A stretch of DNA of 64,000 nt from Chloroflexota bacterium (GCA_046045415.1 JBJOLT010000015.1:5988-69987), one strand, 5' to 3'. Positions 45,501 through 54,243 are shown, counted from the stretch's first letter. Made by a program: numbers and translations. Notes: a model not told the origin generated them from the sequence alone.

Positions 45501-45717
45501 TCGGTCCGCCGGCGCCCCGGCGCGGCGGGCGCGGCCCGGACCCGCCGGGTCCGTCGGCGCGGGGCCGCCGGATCGGCTCCGGCTCGTCGTCCGCGTCCCG
45601 GTCGCCGGGGTCGCGCGGACCGCTCTCGCCGGGCGGCCGCTCGCCGCGGGCCATCGCGGCCTCGGCTTCCTGGCGGCGCCGCAGCTCTTCCATGAACTCG
45701 CCGAAGAGGTCCTTCAT
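42526..45717 (-). CDS. UPF0182-family large membrane protein (COG1615)
   Basis: 1063 aa. An N-terminal disordered segment is followed by multiple TM helices and then a large extracytoplasmic domain. Length and architecture match actinobacterial UPF0182. The C-terminal tail is Gly/Ser-rich (GGSGGSGGSGGSGG). Confidence 0.85.
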   Translation of the reverse strand: MKDLFGEFMEELRRRQEAEAAMARGERPPGESGPRDPGDRDADDEPEPIRRPRADGPGGSGPRPPRRGAGGPNDGAGIGAVRQVSLTVVAGVAFLVFLLGGFVLDLWTDAIWFTSVGYDDVFWTRVGTQLILFAAALAVALLFLLGNLWVAGRLGPPPDPDGRGTLARLIDRMNEAAAAGERGWTVSGQGDDRYRARSGGARDVTPGASMPDLGPVGIPLIVGLSLLLALGIGAAAAGSWETIQLYLNRVPFDAAGAAAPDPVFGQDISFFLFDLPFLRLVQSVLNGLVVGALIVAGARYLLAGLRGDLRPTTPIRVHIGVLAGLYLLSVAAGYQLDKYELVYGAQGVATGVSYTDANARFLGLDVLTAIAALAAAFLVGGAFTNMVWPLAMTVAIWLGASVVLGTLYPEFIQRFTVVPNQFAQEQPYIRNNIEMTRLAYDLDDWRQVDYGGEAPLTAASVAAEDETFRSARVWDYRPLRDVIDQVQTVRQYYEFVDVDTDRYLIDGEQRQVMLSARELAPEKNPQANSWVNQKITFTHGVGAVLVPVNEATQSGQPNLYVKDLPPVSVDGAPSIDQFRIYFGERPSDWVLVGARQSEFDYPVGSDAEGGSAGLGQQTRWTGTTGVRIDNTLTRLLFAARFRDLNLFISDQVTSESQILFHRSLEERLRLVAPFLRYDKDPYLVIREDGRLVWIQDAYSVSDRFPNAQRFDPLELPGTGLGDLPFNYIRNSVKVVMDAYDGTMSFYVADTDDPLVRAYGGVFPTLFRPLDELPEDLRSHVRYPEELFNVQTRLYATYHVSDPAAFYNREDLWTVPVDSGSDQTLPAEAYYVQMRMPGETATEFLLLQPMVPQRRPNMIAWIAARNDGEAYGEVRVHKFPENTSVLGPNQIEARIDADPTISAQISLWSQAGSRVIRGNLIVMPIQDSLIYLQPIYLQSTSSAFPELQKVIIATSTTVVWGDTLEEALEAQLASNGTGGSGGSGGSGGSGGATPTPTPAPGGSPAPTPPTGDVAALIEYANLHFELAQAALRRGDFATYGSEIALVEEALSQLAELTGGASPAP

Positions 45718-45799
45718 CGTCTCGCGATCTCTCGTGGGCGGTGGGACTCAGGGGTCGAGGGGGTCGGGCGTCTGGGAGGAAGCGTACGACGAATCCCGT

Positions 45800-46255
45800 T
45801 CAGGGGCTGCCGAGCCGCTCCGCCGCACGCCGGAACCCGTCGAGCGCGGTCGCCGCGAGCTCCGACGGCTCCATCGTCGCGGCCCGCATCGGCTCCCAGC
45901 GGAAGCCCGCGACGACGATCGCGGGCGCGGTCCACGGGCGCCCCTCGTCCTCCGGGGCGACGCCGAGCCGGAGGCGGATCATCTGCCGTCCGCCCTCCTC
46001 GAGGATCATCCCGGAGAGGGCGCCCGCGAGCGCCGGGCCGAGCCGGGCGAGCGGCGGGTCGGCGGGCGGGCCGGAGCGCGGCGCGAGGGCGCGGAGCGGG
46101 ACGATCCCCGCGTCGTCGGCGACCCAGAGGAGCGCGAGCCACCAGCCCTCGAGGTCGCGGACCTCCGAGACCCCGGCGCGGAGCGTCCCGCCGGGGGCGC
46201 GGACCTCGACCTCGGGGGCGACCGAGCTCCCGGGGACCGCGAGCCGGTCGCTCAT
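45800..46255 (-). CDS. Hypothetical protein (151 aa)
   Basis: ATG at 46255 overlaps the stop of the small zinc-ribbon ORF (ATGA). The composition is protein-like ([42 protein letters not shown]). No family recognised. Confidence 0.5.
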   Translation of the reverse strand: MSDRLAVPGSSVAPEVEVRAPGGTLRAGVSEVRDLEGWWLALLWVADDAGIVPLRALAPRSGPPADPPLARLGPALAGALSGMILEEGGRQMIRLRLGVAPEDEGRPWTAPAIVVAGFRWEPMRAATMEPSELAATALDGFRRAAERLGSP

Positions 46256-46500
46256 CGGCGCCCGGACCGGTCCTCCTCGCCCTCGTCGGTCCCGATCAGG
46301 AGGCGGAGGAGGAGGCCGCGGCGCGGCCGGGGACGCTCGGGGAGGGCGACGGTCGTGACGCCGGGGATCGGCGGGAGCTCGTCCTCTGCGGCGCCCGGCT
46401 TCGGGAGCGTCGCGCCGCACGACGGACAGACGGCGGCCGACTTCGCCCGCGACGCCTTCGGGAGCGGCTCCGAGCACCAGGGGCAGGCGGTCACTCCCAT
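46252..46500 (-). CDS. Small zinc-ribbon protein (82 aa)
   Basis: Starts [33 protein letters not shown] (CxxC-x15-CxxC). ATG at 46500 overlaps the guaA 3' end by 10 nt. Confidence 0.5.
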   Translation of the reverse strand: MGVTACPWCSEPLPKASRAKSAAVCPSCGATLPKPGAAEDELPPIPGVTTVALPERPRPRRGLLLRLLIGTDEGEEDRSGRR

Positions 46501-48236
46501 TCGATCGTCGCCGGCGGCTTCGAGCTGATGTCGTAGACGACGCGGTTCACGCCGGGCACCTCGTTCACGATCCGGGCGGAGATCCGCCCGAGGACGTCGT
46601 ACGGGAGCTTCGCCCAGTCGGCGGTCATCCCGTCCTCGGAGGTGACGGCGCGGATCGCGACGACGTTCGCGTAGGTGCGGCCGTCGCCCATGACGCCGAC
46701 GGAGCGGACCGGGGTGAGGATCGCGAACGACTGCCAGACGCTCCGGTAGAGGCCGGCCGCCTTGATCTCGTCGATCACGATCCAATCCGCCTCGCGGAGC
46801 GTGTCGAGCCGCTCGGCGGTCACCTCGCCGATGATCCGGATCGCGAGGCCGGGGCCGGGGAAGGGCTGGCGCTGGACCATCGCCTCCGGGAGCCCGAGCT
46901 CCAGCCCGACGACCCGGACCTCGTCCTTGAAGAGGTACCGGAGCGGCTCGATCAGCTGGAACCGGAGGTCCGCCGGGAGGCCGCCGACGTTGTGGTGCGT
47001 CTTGATCTTCTGGGCGGTCTTCGTGTCCGAGGTGGCCGACTCGATCACGTCTGGGTAGAGGGTCCCCTGGGTGAGGAAGTCGATCCGCCCGAGCTTCGTC
47101 GCCTCCTCCTCGAAGACGCGGATGAACTCGTCGCCGATGATCCGGCGCTTCTGCTCCGGGTCGATGACCCCCGCGAGCCGGGCGAGGAAGCGCTCCCGCG
47201 CGTCGACCATCACGAGCCGCATCCCGAGGTTCGCCTCGAAGGTCGCGCGGAGGAGCTCCGACTCCTTCTTCCGCATCAGCCCGTGGTCGACGTAGATGCA
47301 CGTGAGCCGGTCGCCGACCGCGCGATGGACGAGCGCCGCCGCGACCGCCGAGTCCACCCCGCCGGAGAGCGCGCAGATCACCTTCCCGTCGGAGCCGGTG
47401 GACGCGGCGTGCCCGTCGACCCGGTCGCGGATCTCCGCGACGGTCGTCTCGATGAAGTTCGCCGGGGTCCACGCGGGGGCGATCCGGGCGATCCCGGTCA
47501 CGAAGTTGCGGAGGAGGTCCTTGCCGCGCGGCGTGTGGACGACCTCGGGGTGGAACTGGATCCCGTAGAGGCGCCGGTCCGGGGCGGCGAGCCCCGCGTA
47601 CGGCGTCGAGTCGGTCTGGGCGGTCGCGACGAAGCCCTCGGGGAGCCGGGTGATCGAGTCGCCGTGGCTCATCCAGACCGGCTGATCCCGCTCGAGCCCG
47701 GCGAAGAGCGCGTCCGACTCGCTCGTCACGTGGACCGACGCCGGCCCGTACTCGCGCTTCGCGGAGGCGGCGACCTCGCCGCCGAGCTCGCGCGCCATCA
47801 GCTGCGCGCCGTAGCAGATCCCGAGGACCGGGAGCCGGCCGCCCCAGATCGAGGCGTGCGGCCGCGGCGCCCCGGCGTCGTAGACGGAGTTCGGGCCGCC
47901 GGAGAGGATCACCGCGCGGACGCCGCGTCGCTCGAGCTCGTCGACCGGCGTGTCGTGCGGGAGGAGCTCGGAGTAGACGTTCAGCTCGCGGACCCGGCGG
48001 GCGATCAGCTGCGCGAACTGGCTCCCGAAGTCGAGGACGGCGACGACGCCCGGCTCCGGGACGATCGCGGCCGTCGGCGGCGGGTCCGACGGCGCCCGCG
48101 ACGGCGCGGGCGCATCGAGCGCGACCTCGAGATAGGCCTCGACCTCCGCGTCGTCGGGCGCGAGGACCCGGTGCCCGGCGTTCGCCGCGTCGCCGTGGAC
48201 GGTCTTCCCGCGCTCGGTCCTCCCGCGCTCGGTCAC
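46491..48236 (-). CDS. guaA: GMP synthase (glutamine-hydrolysing) with an N-terminal extension of about 65 aa
   Basis: Contains [39 protein letters not shown] and a C-terminal ATIEWE. The only canonical in-frame start is GTG at 48236. Confidence 0.9.
   Translation of the reverse strand: MTERGRTERGKTVHGDAANAGHRVLAPDDAEVEAYLEVALDAPAPSRAPSDPPPTAAIVPEPGVVAVLDFGSQFAQLIARRVRELNVYSELLPHDTPVDELERRGVRAVILSGGPNSVYDAGAPRPHASIWGGRLPVLGICYGAQLMARELGGEVAASAKREYGPASVHVTSESDALFAGLERDQPVWMSHGDSITRLPEGFVATAQTDSTPYAGLAAPDRRLYGIQFHPEVVHTPRGKDLLRNFVTGIARIAPAWTPANFIETTVAEIRDRVDGHAASTGSDGKVICALSGGVDSAVAAALVHRAVGDRLTCIYVDHGLMRKKESELLRATFEANLGMRLVMVDARERFLARLAGVIDPEQKRRIIGDEFIRVFEEEATKLGRIDFLTQGTLYPDVIESATSDTKTAQKIKTHHNVGGLPADLRFQLIEPLRYLFKDEVRVVGLELGLPEAMVQRQPFPGPGLAIRIIGEVTAERLDTLREADWIVIDEIKAAGLYRSVWQSFAILTPVRSVGVMGDGRTYANVVAIRAVTSEDGMTADWAKLPYDVLGRISARIVNEVPGVNRVVYDISSKPPATIEWE
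48204..48233. repeat. 15-nt tandem duplication at the guaA 5' end ([10 protein letters not shown])
   Basis: cttcccgcgctcggt (48204-48218) and cctcccgcgctcggt (48219-48233), with one mismatch. Confidence 0.7.
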
Positions 48237-48294
48237 GCTCGATCGATCCTCCGTCGGCCGCGTCCACCCCGTCCGCGACAGTCTATCGGTGGGC

Positions 48295-48717
48295 TCACGA
48301 CCGGTTCCGCATCGCCTCGGCGGCCATCGCGAGGTAGCCGTCGATCCGCTCGACGACGACCGGCGGCGTCCCGAGCTCGGCCGCCGTCACGGCGAGCGAG
48401 GCGCGCATCGCCTCGAGCCAGTGGTCGCGCTCCTCCGGCCCGATCGGGAACTCGAAGTGACGCGCTCGGAGGCGGGGGTGGCCGCGCTCGGCGGAGTAGG
48501 TCGTCGGGCCGCCCCAGTACTGGGCGAGGAAGAGGGTGAGGCGGCGTCGGGCGGGGCCGAGGTCATCCCGCTCGGGGTAGAGGCGAAGGAGGACCTCGTC
48601 GGTCGCCACCCGATCGTAGAAGCCGTCGACGAGCCGCTCGAAGAACGGCATCCCGCCGGCGGCCTCGAAGACGCTCGTCTCGTCGTCGGCTCCGGCGGCG
48701 GCCGGTTCGCTCGTCAC
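48295..48717 (-). CDS. glbO: Group II truncated haemoglobin (GlbO/trHbO)
   Basis: Contains [42 protein letters not shown] and ERDHWL, matching M. tuberculosis GlbO from memory. GTG at 48717, 10 nt after the guaB3 stop. Confidence 0.85.
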   Translation of the reverse strand: MTSEPAAAGADDETSVFEAAGGMPFFERLVDGFYDRVATDEVLLRLYPERDDLGPARRRLTLFLAQYWGGPTTYSAERGHPRLRARHFEFPIGPEERDHWLEAMRASLAVTAAELGTPPVVVERIDGYLAMAAEAMRNRS

Positions 48718-48727
48718 GGGTCCCGGG

Positions 48728-49918
48728 TCAGCCGCCGCGCTGCCAGCTCTTCCCCTCGGTCTGCACCGACGGGGCATGGACGATCTCGACCGCCTGCATC
48801 TCGCGGAGCGTGCGGGCCCCGAGGGCGGCCATCGACTGGCGGAGCGCGCCGACGAGGTTCTCGGAGCCGTCGGTGACGCGCGCCGGGCCGAAGAGGATCC
48901 GCTCGAGGCTCCCGACCGTCCCGACCGAGATCCGCGTCCCGCGCGGGAGCGTCGGCGACGGGGCGGCCATCCCCCAGTTCGTCCCCCGGCCGGGCGCCTC
49001 CTCGGCGCGGGCGAGCGGCGAGCCGAGCATCACCGCATCCGCTCCGGCGGCGATCGCCTTCGCCAGCTCGCCGCCCCGGCGCATCCCGCCGTCGGCGACG
49101 ACCGGGACGTACCGGCCGGTCTCCTTCATGTACGCGTCGCGCGCGGCGGCGACGTCGGCGATCGCGGTGACCTGCGGGACGCCGATCCCGAGGACCTCGC
49201 GCGTCGTGCACGCGGCCCCGGGCCCGACGCCGACGAAGACCGCGGCGGCGCCCTGCTCCATGAGGGCGAACGCCGCTTCCGCGTTCGTCGTGTTCCCGAC
49301 CGCGACCGGGATCGGCATGAAGCGGGTGAAGTCGCCGAGCTCGAGCGGCTCGTAGCCGGTCGCGAGGTGGCGGGCGCTGCTCACCTGGCTCTGGACGAGG
49401 AAGAGGTCGGCGCCGTGCTCGGCGCAGAAGGGACCCCACCGTCGGGCCGCGGCGGGGGTGGCGGCCACCGCGACCTTCGAGCCGGCGTCGCGGATCGCGG
49501 CGAGGCGTCGGGCGACGAGCTCCTCCTGAAGAGGCTCGGCGTATGCCGCCGCGAGCAGCCCCTGGACCTCGTCCTTCGGCGCGGCCGCGATCCGGGCGAG
49601 GACGGCGTCGGGGTCGGGGAAGCGACCCTGGACGCCCTCGAGGTTGAGGACCGCGAGCCCGCCGAGGCGGGCGAGCTCGCCGGCGAGCCGCGCGTCGACG
49701 ACGGCGTCCATCGCGGCGGCGAGGACCGGGATCGCGAGCGGGATCCCGGCGAAGACCTGGGAGAGGTCGACGTCGCCGGGCTCGACCGTGCTCGTTCCGG
49801 GAGCGAGCGAGACGTCCTCGAAGCCGTAGGTCGGGCGGATCGCATCGACCTTCGAGCGGAAGACCCGCCGGGCCGCGGGATCGGTCGCCGAGACCGGGAC
49901 GCCTCTTCCGTGCTGCAA
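48728..49918 (-). CDS. GuaB3-type IMP dehydrogenase-family protein (no CBS pair)
   Basis: Contains YGFEDVSLAPG, IPVLAAAMD, GVGPGAACTTREVLGIGVPQ and ADGGMRRGGELAKAIAAGADAVMLG. I chose TTG at 49918 because a GGAGGG SD lies 5 nt upstream. The track ORF starts at GTG 49969. Confidence 0.8.
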   Translation of the reverse strand: MQHGRGVPVSATDPAARRVFRSKVDAIRPTYGFEDVSLAPGTSTVEPGDVDLSQVFAGIPLAIPVLAAAMDAVVDARLAGELARLGGLAVLNLEGVQGRFPDPDAVLARIAAAPKDEVQGLLAAAYAEPLQEELVARRLAAIRDAGSKVAVAATPAAARRWGPFCAEHGADLFLVQSQVSSARHLATGYEPLELGDFTRFMPIPVAVGNTTNAEAAFALMEQGAAAVFVGVGPGAACTTREVLGIGVPQVTAIADVAAARDAYMKETGRYVPVVADGGMRRGGELAKAIAAGADAVMLGSPLARAEEAPGRGTNWGMAAPSPTLPRGTRISVGTVGSLERILFGPARVTDGSENLVGALRQSMAALGARTLREMQAVEIVHAPSVQTEGKSWQRGG

Positions 49919-50067
49919 CGCGGCCCTCCAGGGTTGCCGGCGCTGCCGGCGGGGGTGAGCGGGTTGCACGCCAGTCTACAGCGGCGCCGCGGAGGCGGCC
50001 GGATCGACGACCCCGATCGACGTGCCGCACCGGCGTCCGGCCGCGCCGCGCAGCCGTGGCGCGTCCC

Positions 50068-50556
50068 TCAGGTCAGTGCCCGGGCCCCCGCGAGCGTCAG
50101 CTCGAACCAGACGGCGCGCGCCGGGTCCGCGAGATCCTCGGCGATCCGCCGGAGCGCCTCGCGATAGCCGGGCCAGACGACCTCGGCGATCGCGTCCTCG
50201 ATCGGGACCCACCGGTGCCCGTCGTGCTCGTGCGAACGGACGGGCTCGATCCCCGGGCGGACGACGACGGCGAAGACCGCGCTCAAGACGACGGCGTCGA
50301 CCGACGGCTCGTGGAACTGGTTCACGAGGTCGAGGTCGTAGAAGGCCTCGATCCCGTCGGCGGCGATCCCGGTCTCCTCGGCGAGCTCGCGGAGCGCGCC
50401 GAAGGTGATCCGCTCCCCCGGCTCGAGCGACCCGGAGACGCACTGCCAGAGGCCGGGGAGGATCCGGCCCGGGGCGCGGCGGAGGAGCAGGGTCTCGAGG
50501 CGGTCGCCGGCGCGCCGGACGACCCAGCAGTCGACGAGGTCCGGCCTGAGGCTCAC
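50068..50556 (-). CDS. NUDIX hydrolase
   Basis: 162 aa from GTG 50556. Nudix box GSLEPGERITFGALRELAEETGI. Confidence 0.8.
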   Translation of the reverse strand: MSLRPDLVDCWVVRRAGDRLETLLLRRAPGRILPGLWQCVSGSLEPGERITFGALRELAEETGIAADGIEAFYDLDLVNQFHEPSVDAVVLSAVFAVVVRPGIEPVRSHEHDGHRWVPIEDAIAEVVWPGYREALRRIAEDLADPARAVWFELTLAGARALT

Positions 50557-50569
50557 GGGGCGGCGGCGA

Positions 50570-50899
50570 TCAGAGCCGCTCGAACCGCTCGACCGGGACG
50601 ACGAAGACCGTCGCCCCGCCGATCTCCACCTCGAGCGGGTACGGCATGAAGAACTCGCCCGGCTCGACGATCGGCGGCAGCGGGTCGACGACCTGGGTCC
50701 GGGCGCGGCACGTCTCGCGGACGATCCCGAGGATCTCGTCGATCCGATCCTCCTCGGCGCCGACGAGGACGGTCGCGTTCGACTGGCGGAGGAACCCGCC
50801 CGACGACTGGAGGCGGGTCGCCCGGTGGTCGGCGGCGAGGAGCGCCTCGACGAGCGGGCCCGCATCCTCGCCGTGGACGATCGCGATGACGAGCTTCAC
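50570..50899 (-). CDS. darA: PII-like cyclic-di-AMP receptor DarA/PstA (YaaQ family)
   Basis: The 109-aa product aligns end to end with B. subtilis YaaQ from memory: MKLVIAIV, TRLQSSGGFLRQSNATVLVG, PYPLEVEIGGATVFVVPVERF. Confidence 0.9.
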   Translation of the reverse strand: MKLVIAIVHGEDAGPLVEALLAADHRATRLQSSGGFLRQSNATVLVGAEEDRIDEILGIVRETCRARTQVVDPLPPIVEPGEFFMPYPLEVEIGGATVFVVPVERFERL

Positions 50900-50990
50900 G
50901 GGGACGAGTATCGGTCAGGCGGGCCGCCGGGTCCACCCTCCCGGGGACGGTCGGGGGACCGGCCCGGGGAGGGGGCTCGTCGCGACCCCC

Positions 50991-50996
50991 TACAAT
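50991..50996 (+). promoter_or_regulatory. Candidate -10 box (TACAAT) for the GAF-GGDEF gene
   Basis: A near-consensus hexamer in the 95-nt divergent spacer. It overlaps the ATG used by the ORF track. It is followed by GGAGGAGGAG and then GTG at 51025. Confidence 0.35.
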
Positions 50997-51024
50997 GCGC
51001 GGGACGACCCCGGAGGAGGAGCTG

Positions 51025-52047
51025 GTGGCGATCGAGGGACCCGGCACGGAGACGAAGCTCGACGCGCTGACCGACGCAGCGGCTGCGCTCGCGCGGGCGA
51101 GCGACCTCGACGCCGCGATCGGGGCGATCCTCGACGCGACCGTCGGCGCGGTCGGCGCGACCGCCGGCGCGGTCTTCCTCCGCCAGCCCGACTCGCCGAT
51201 CCTCTACGTCGCCGCCCGCCACGGCCTCGACGACGCCGCGGTCGCGACCTTCGAGCGCGAGGTCGAGGACCCGGCCCACCCGGTCGCCGCCGCCGCCCGC
51301 GACGTCGCCGCGGTCTTCGACCGCCCGGTCGTCGGCGCCGAACCGCGGGCCCGCTCGGCGGCGGACCTCCCGCTCGTCGTCACCCACGAGGGCCTCGACC
51401 TCGCCCTCGGCGTGATGACGCTCGCCTGGGCGAGCGCGCGGACGACCTCCCGGAGCGAGCAGCAGCTCGCGCGCGCCGCCGCGGACCTCATCGCCGCCGC
51501 GGTCGACCGGGCGCACCTCGGCGCGCTCCTCGCCGAGCGGGCGGAGTGGTACGAGCGGCTCACCCACACGGACGCCCTCACCGGGCTCGCGAACCGGCGG
51601 ACCTTCGAGCGGGTCCTCGAGATGGACCTCGCCCGGGCCGCGCGGCAGCGGACCGAGCTCTCGCTCGTCGTCTTCGACGTCGACGACTTCGGGAACCTGA
51701 ACGCGACCCGCGGCCACGCCGTCGGCGACGACGTCCTCCGGACGATCGCCGCGACGATCGCGGAGGGGGTCCGCCTCGTCGACACCGTCGCCCGGCTCGG
51801 ACCGGACGAGTTCATCGTCAGCGCCCCCGGGGCGGGCGGCGTCGTCGTCGCCCGCCGCATCCTCGCGACGCTCGCGGCCGGGAACGCGGAGGGCGGGGAG
51901 CCGTTCACCACCTCCGCCGCCGTCGTCCGCTACCCGAGCGACGGGGCGGACGGTCCGGAGCTGATCGCGGCCGCCGAGGCGGCGATCGCCCGGGCGAAGG
52001 CGCAGGGCCCCGGTTCGGTCGAGGCCGCGGAGTACCTCGCGCCCTAG
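51025..52047 (+). CDS. GAF-domain protein with a degenerate GGDEF domain (GPDEF, with RxxD retained)
   Basis: Contains DALTGLANRR, FDVDDFGNLNATRGHAVGD and RLVDTVARLGPDEF. GTG at 51025 follows GGAGGAGGAG. The alternative ATG at 50995 has no SD. Confidence 0.8.
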   Translation: MAIEGPGTETKLDALTDAAAALARASDLDAAIGAILDATVGAVGATAGAVFLRQPDSPILYVAARHGLDDAAVATFEREVEDPAHPVAAAARDVAAVFDRPVVGAEPRARSAADLPLVVTHEGLDLALGVMTLAWASARTTSRSEQQLARAAADLIAAAVDRAHLGALLAERAEWYERLTHTDALTGLANRRTFERVLEMDLARAARQRTELSLVVFDVDDFGNLNATRGHAVGDDVLRTIAATIAEGVRLVDTVARLGPDEFIVSAPGAGGVVVARRILATLAAGNAEGGEPFTTSAAVVRYPSDGADGPELIAAAEAAIARAKAQGPGSVEAAEYLAP

Positions 52048-52727
52048 GCCCCGGGCGTCCCGACGGCGAGCCCGAGCCGCCGGACCGCATCGGCGAGCGA
52101 GCCCGCGACCGTCGCCTCGTCGCGAGTCGCGTCGACGACGACCCAGCGGGCCGGGTCCTCGGCCGCGAGCCGGAGGAAGCCCGCCCGGACCCGCTCGTGG
52201 AACGCGACGTCGAAGGCCGACTCGAACCGGAGATGCTCGTCGGAGCCCTTCCGCGCGAGACCGGCGGCGACCGGGACGTCGAGGAGGATCGTGAGGTCCG
52301 GCCGGAGGCCGCCGGTCGCGTAGGCGCCGATCGCCCGGAGCTCGTCGACCGGCTGCCCGGAGCCGAAGCCCTGGTAGGCGAGCGTCGAGTCCGCGTACCG
52401 GGCGACGATGACGACCTCGCCGCTCGCGAGCGCCGGCTCGATCACCTCGTCGACGTGCTGGGCGCGGGCGGCGTTGAAGAGGAGGACGTCGGTCCGCGGC
52501 CCGATCGGGACCTCGGCCGGGTCCGCGCGGAGGAGCAGCTCGCGGATCCGCTCGCCGGCGGCCGTCCCCCCCGGCTCCCGCGAGAGCCTCACCCGGTGCC
52601 CGGCGGCGGTGAGCGCCGCGGCGAGCCGGGCCGCCTGCGAGGTCTTGCCGCTCCCGTCGGGGCCCTCGATCGTGATGAACCGGCCGCGCGCGGCGTGCTG
52701 CCGGGGAGGGGCGGTCGGGTCGCTCAC
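52044..52727 (-). CDS. tmk: Thymidylate kinase
   Basis: 227 aa with FITIEGPDGSGKTS, REPGGT and DRY-like ARYADSTLAYQG. GTG start. Confidence 0.9.
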   Translation of the reverse strand: MSDPTAPPRQHAARGRFITIEGPDGSGKTSQAARLAAALTAAGHRVRLSREPGGTAAGERIRELLLRADPAEVPIGPRTDVLLFNAARAQHVDEVIEPALASGEVVIVARYADSTLAYQGFGSGQPVDELRAIGAYATGGLRPDLTILLDVPVAAGLARKGSDEHLRFESAFDVAFHERVRAGFLRLAAEDPARWVVVDATRDEATVAGSLADAVRRLGLAVGTPGA

Positions 52728-52788
52728 CGGGCGAGTCTACCGTCGCGACCCGGCCCGGCGCCGTCCGCGGTGCTAGGCTTCCGACCCG

Positions 52789-54243
52789 ATGAAGGACCTC
52801 GCCGACCTCGCGCTCGACACCGCCACCGCAGCCGGCGCCGGCTATGCCGACGTCCGGATCGTCGAGCGGACGGAGGAGTCCGTGACGGTCCGCTCCGGGC
52901 GGCTCGAGGCCGCCGCCTCCGGGGCGGAGGACGGGGTCGGGGTGCGGGTCCTCGTCGACGGTGCGTGGGGCTTCGCGGCGACCCACCGACTCGAGCGACA
53001 GGACGTGGAGCGGGTCGCCGCCGAGGCGGTCGAGATCGCCCGGGCGTCCGCCACCGCGCTCAGGACCCCGGTCCGGCTCGACGACCGGCCGGTCGCGCGG
53101 GGCCGCTACGAGACGCCGTGCGCGGAGGACCCGTTCGCCGTCCCGCTCGAGCAGAAGGTCGCCGAGCTCCTCGCCGCCGATGCCGAGATGGGCCGGGTGA
53201 AGGGCATCGCGTGGACGGAGGCGACCTACGGGGCGCGACGCGAGCGGAAGACGTTCGCCGCCTCGGACGGCTCCTTCGTGGAGCAGACGATCGTCCACGC
53301 CGGGGCGGGCATCGAGGCGAACGCCGTCGAGGGCGACGAGCACCAGCGGCGGAGCTACCCGATGGACACCGGCTCGTGGCGATCCGCGGGCTACGAGCAC
53401 ATCCGCGGCCTCGGGCTCGTCGAGAACGCCGGGCGGATCGCCGAGGAGGCGGTCGCGCTCCTCTCCGCGCCGCAGTGCCCGTCGGGCCGGATGACGGTGA
53501 TCCTCGACCCGAGCCAGCTCTACCTCCAGGTCCACGAGAGCTGCGGCCACCCGACCGAGCTCGACCGGGTCTTCGGGACCGAGGCGTCGTACGCCGGCAC
53601 TAGCTTCCTCACGACGGACAAGCTCGAGGCCGGCTTCCGGTACGGCTCCGACCTCGTGACGATCGTCGCCGACGCGACCGAGCCGGGAGGCCTCGGCACC
53701 TTCGGCTGGGACGACGAAGGGGTCGCCGCCCAGCGGGTCCCGCTCGTCGAGGACGGGATCTTCGTCGGCTACCTCTCGTCCCGCGAGACGGCCCCGCGGA
53801 TCGGGCGACGGAGCGGCGGGGCGATGCGGGCCGACGGCTGGAACCGGATCCCGCTCATCCGGATGACGAACGTCAGCCTCGTGCCGCGCGACGGGATGTC
53901 GCTCGGGCAGATCATCGAGTCGACCGACGACGGCCTCTACCTCGTGACGAACCGCTCGTGGTCGATCGACGACCGGCGGCTCAACTTCCAGTTCGCGACC
54001 GAGGTCGCGTACGAGGTGAAGGGCGGGAAGATCGGCCGGCTCCTGAAGAACCCGACGTACACCGGGATCACGCCCGAGTTCTGGCGCTCGTGCGACGCCG
54101 TCGCGGACGCGAGCAGCTACCGGATGTTCGGGACCCCGAACTGCGGGAAGGGCGAGCCCGGCCAGGTCGGCTTCGTCGGCCACGGGGTGAGCGGCGCCCG
54201 GTTCCGCGACGTCCAGGTCGGGGTCGGGAAGTGGCGCGGATGA
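52789..54243 (+). CDS. tldD: TldD-family metallopeptidase
   Basis: 484 aa with the HESCGHPTE metal motif, plus GTFGWDDEG and RMTN. Confidence 0.9.
   Translation: MKDLADLALDTATAAGAGYADVRIVERTEESVTVRSGRLEAAASGAEDGVGVRVLVDGAWGFAATHRLERQDVERVAAEAVEIARASATALRTPVRLDDRPVARGRYETPCAEDPFAVPLEQKVAELLAADAEMGRVKGIAWTEATYGARRERKTFAASDGSFVEQTIVHAGAGIEANAVEGDEHQRRSYPMDTGSWRSAGYEHIRGLGLVENAGRIAEEAVALLSAPQCPSGRMTVILDPSQLYLQVHESCGHPTELDRVFGTEASYAGTSFLTTDKLEAGFRYGSDLVTIVADATEPGGLGTFGWDDEGVAAQRVPLVEDGIFVGYLSSRETAPRIGRRSGGAMRADGWNRIPLIRMTNVSLVPRDGMSLGQIIESTDDGLYLVTNRSWSIDDRRLNFQFATEVAYEVKGGKIGRLLKNPTYTGITPEFWRSCDAVADASSYRMFGTPNCGKGEPGQVGFVGHGVSGARFRDVQVGVGKWRG

Noticed and set aside
51025-52047. The GGDEF protein as an active diguanylate cyclase
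   Set aside because: The signature is GPDEF and upstream catalytic and substrate-binding residues are substituted. I report it as a degenerate, probably receptor-type domain instead.
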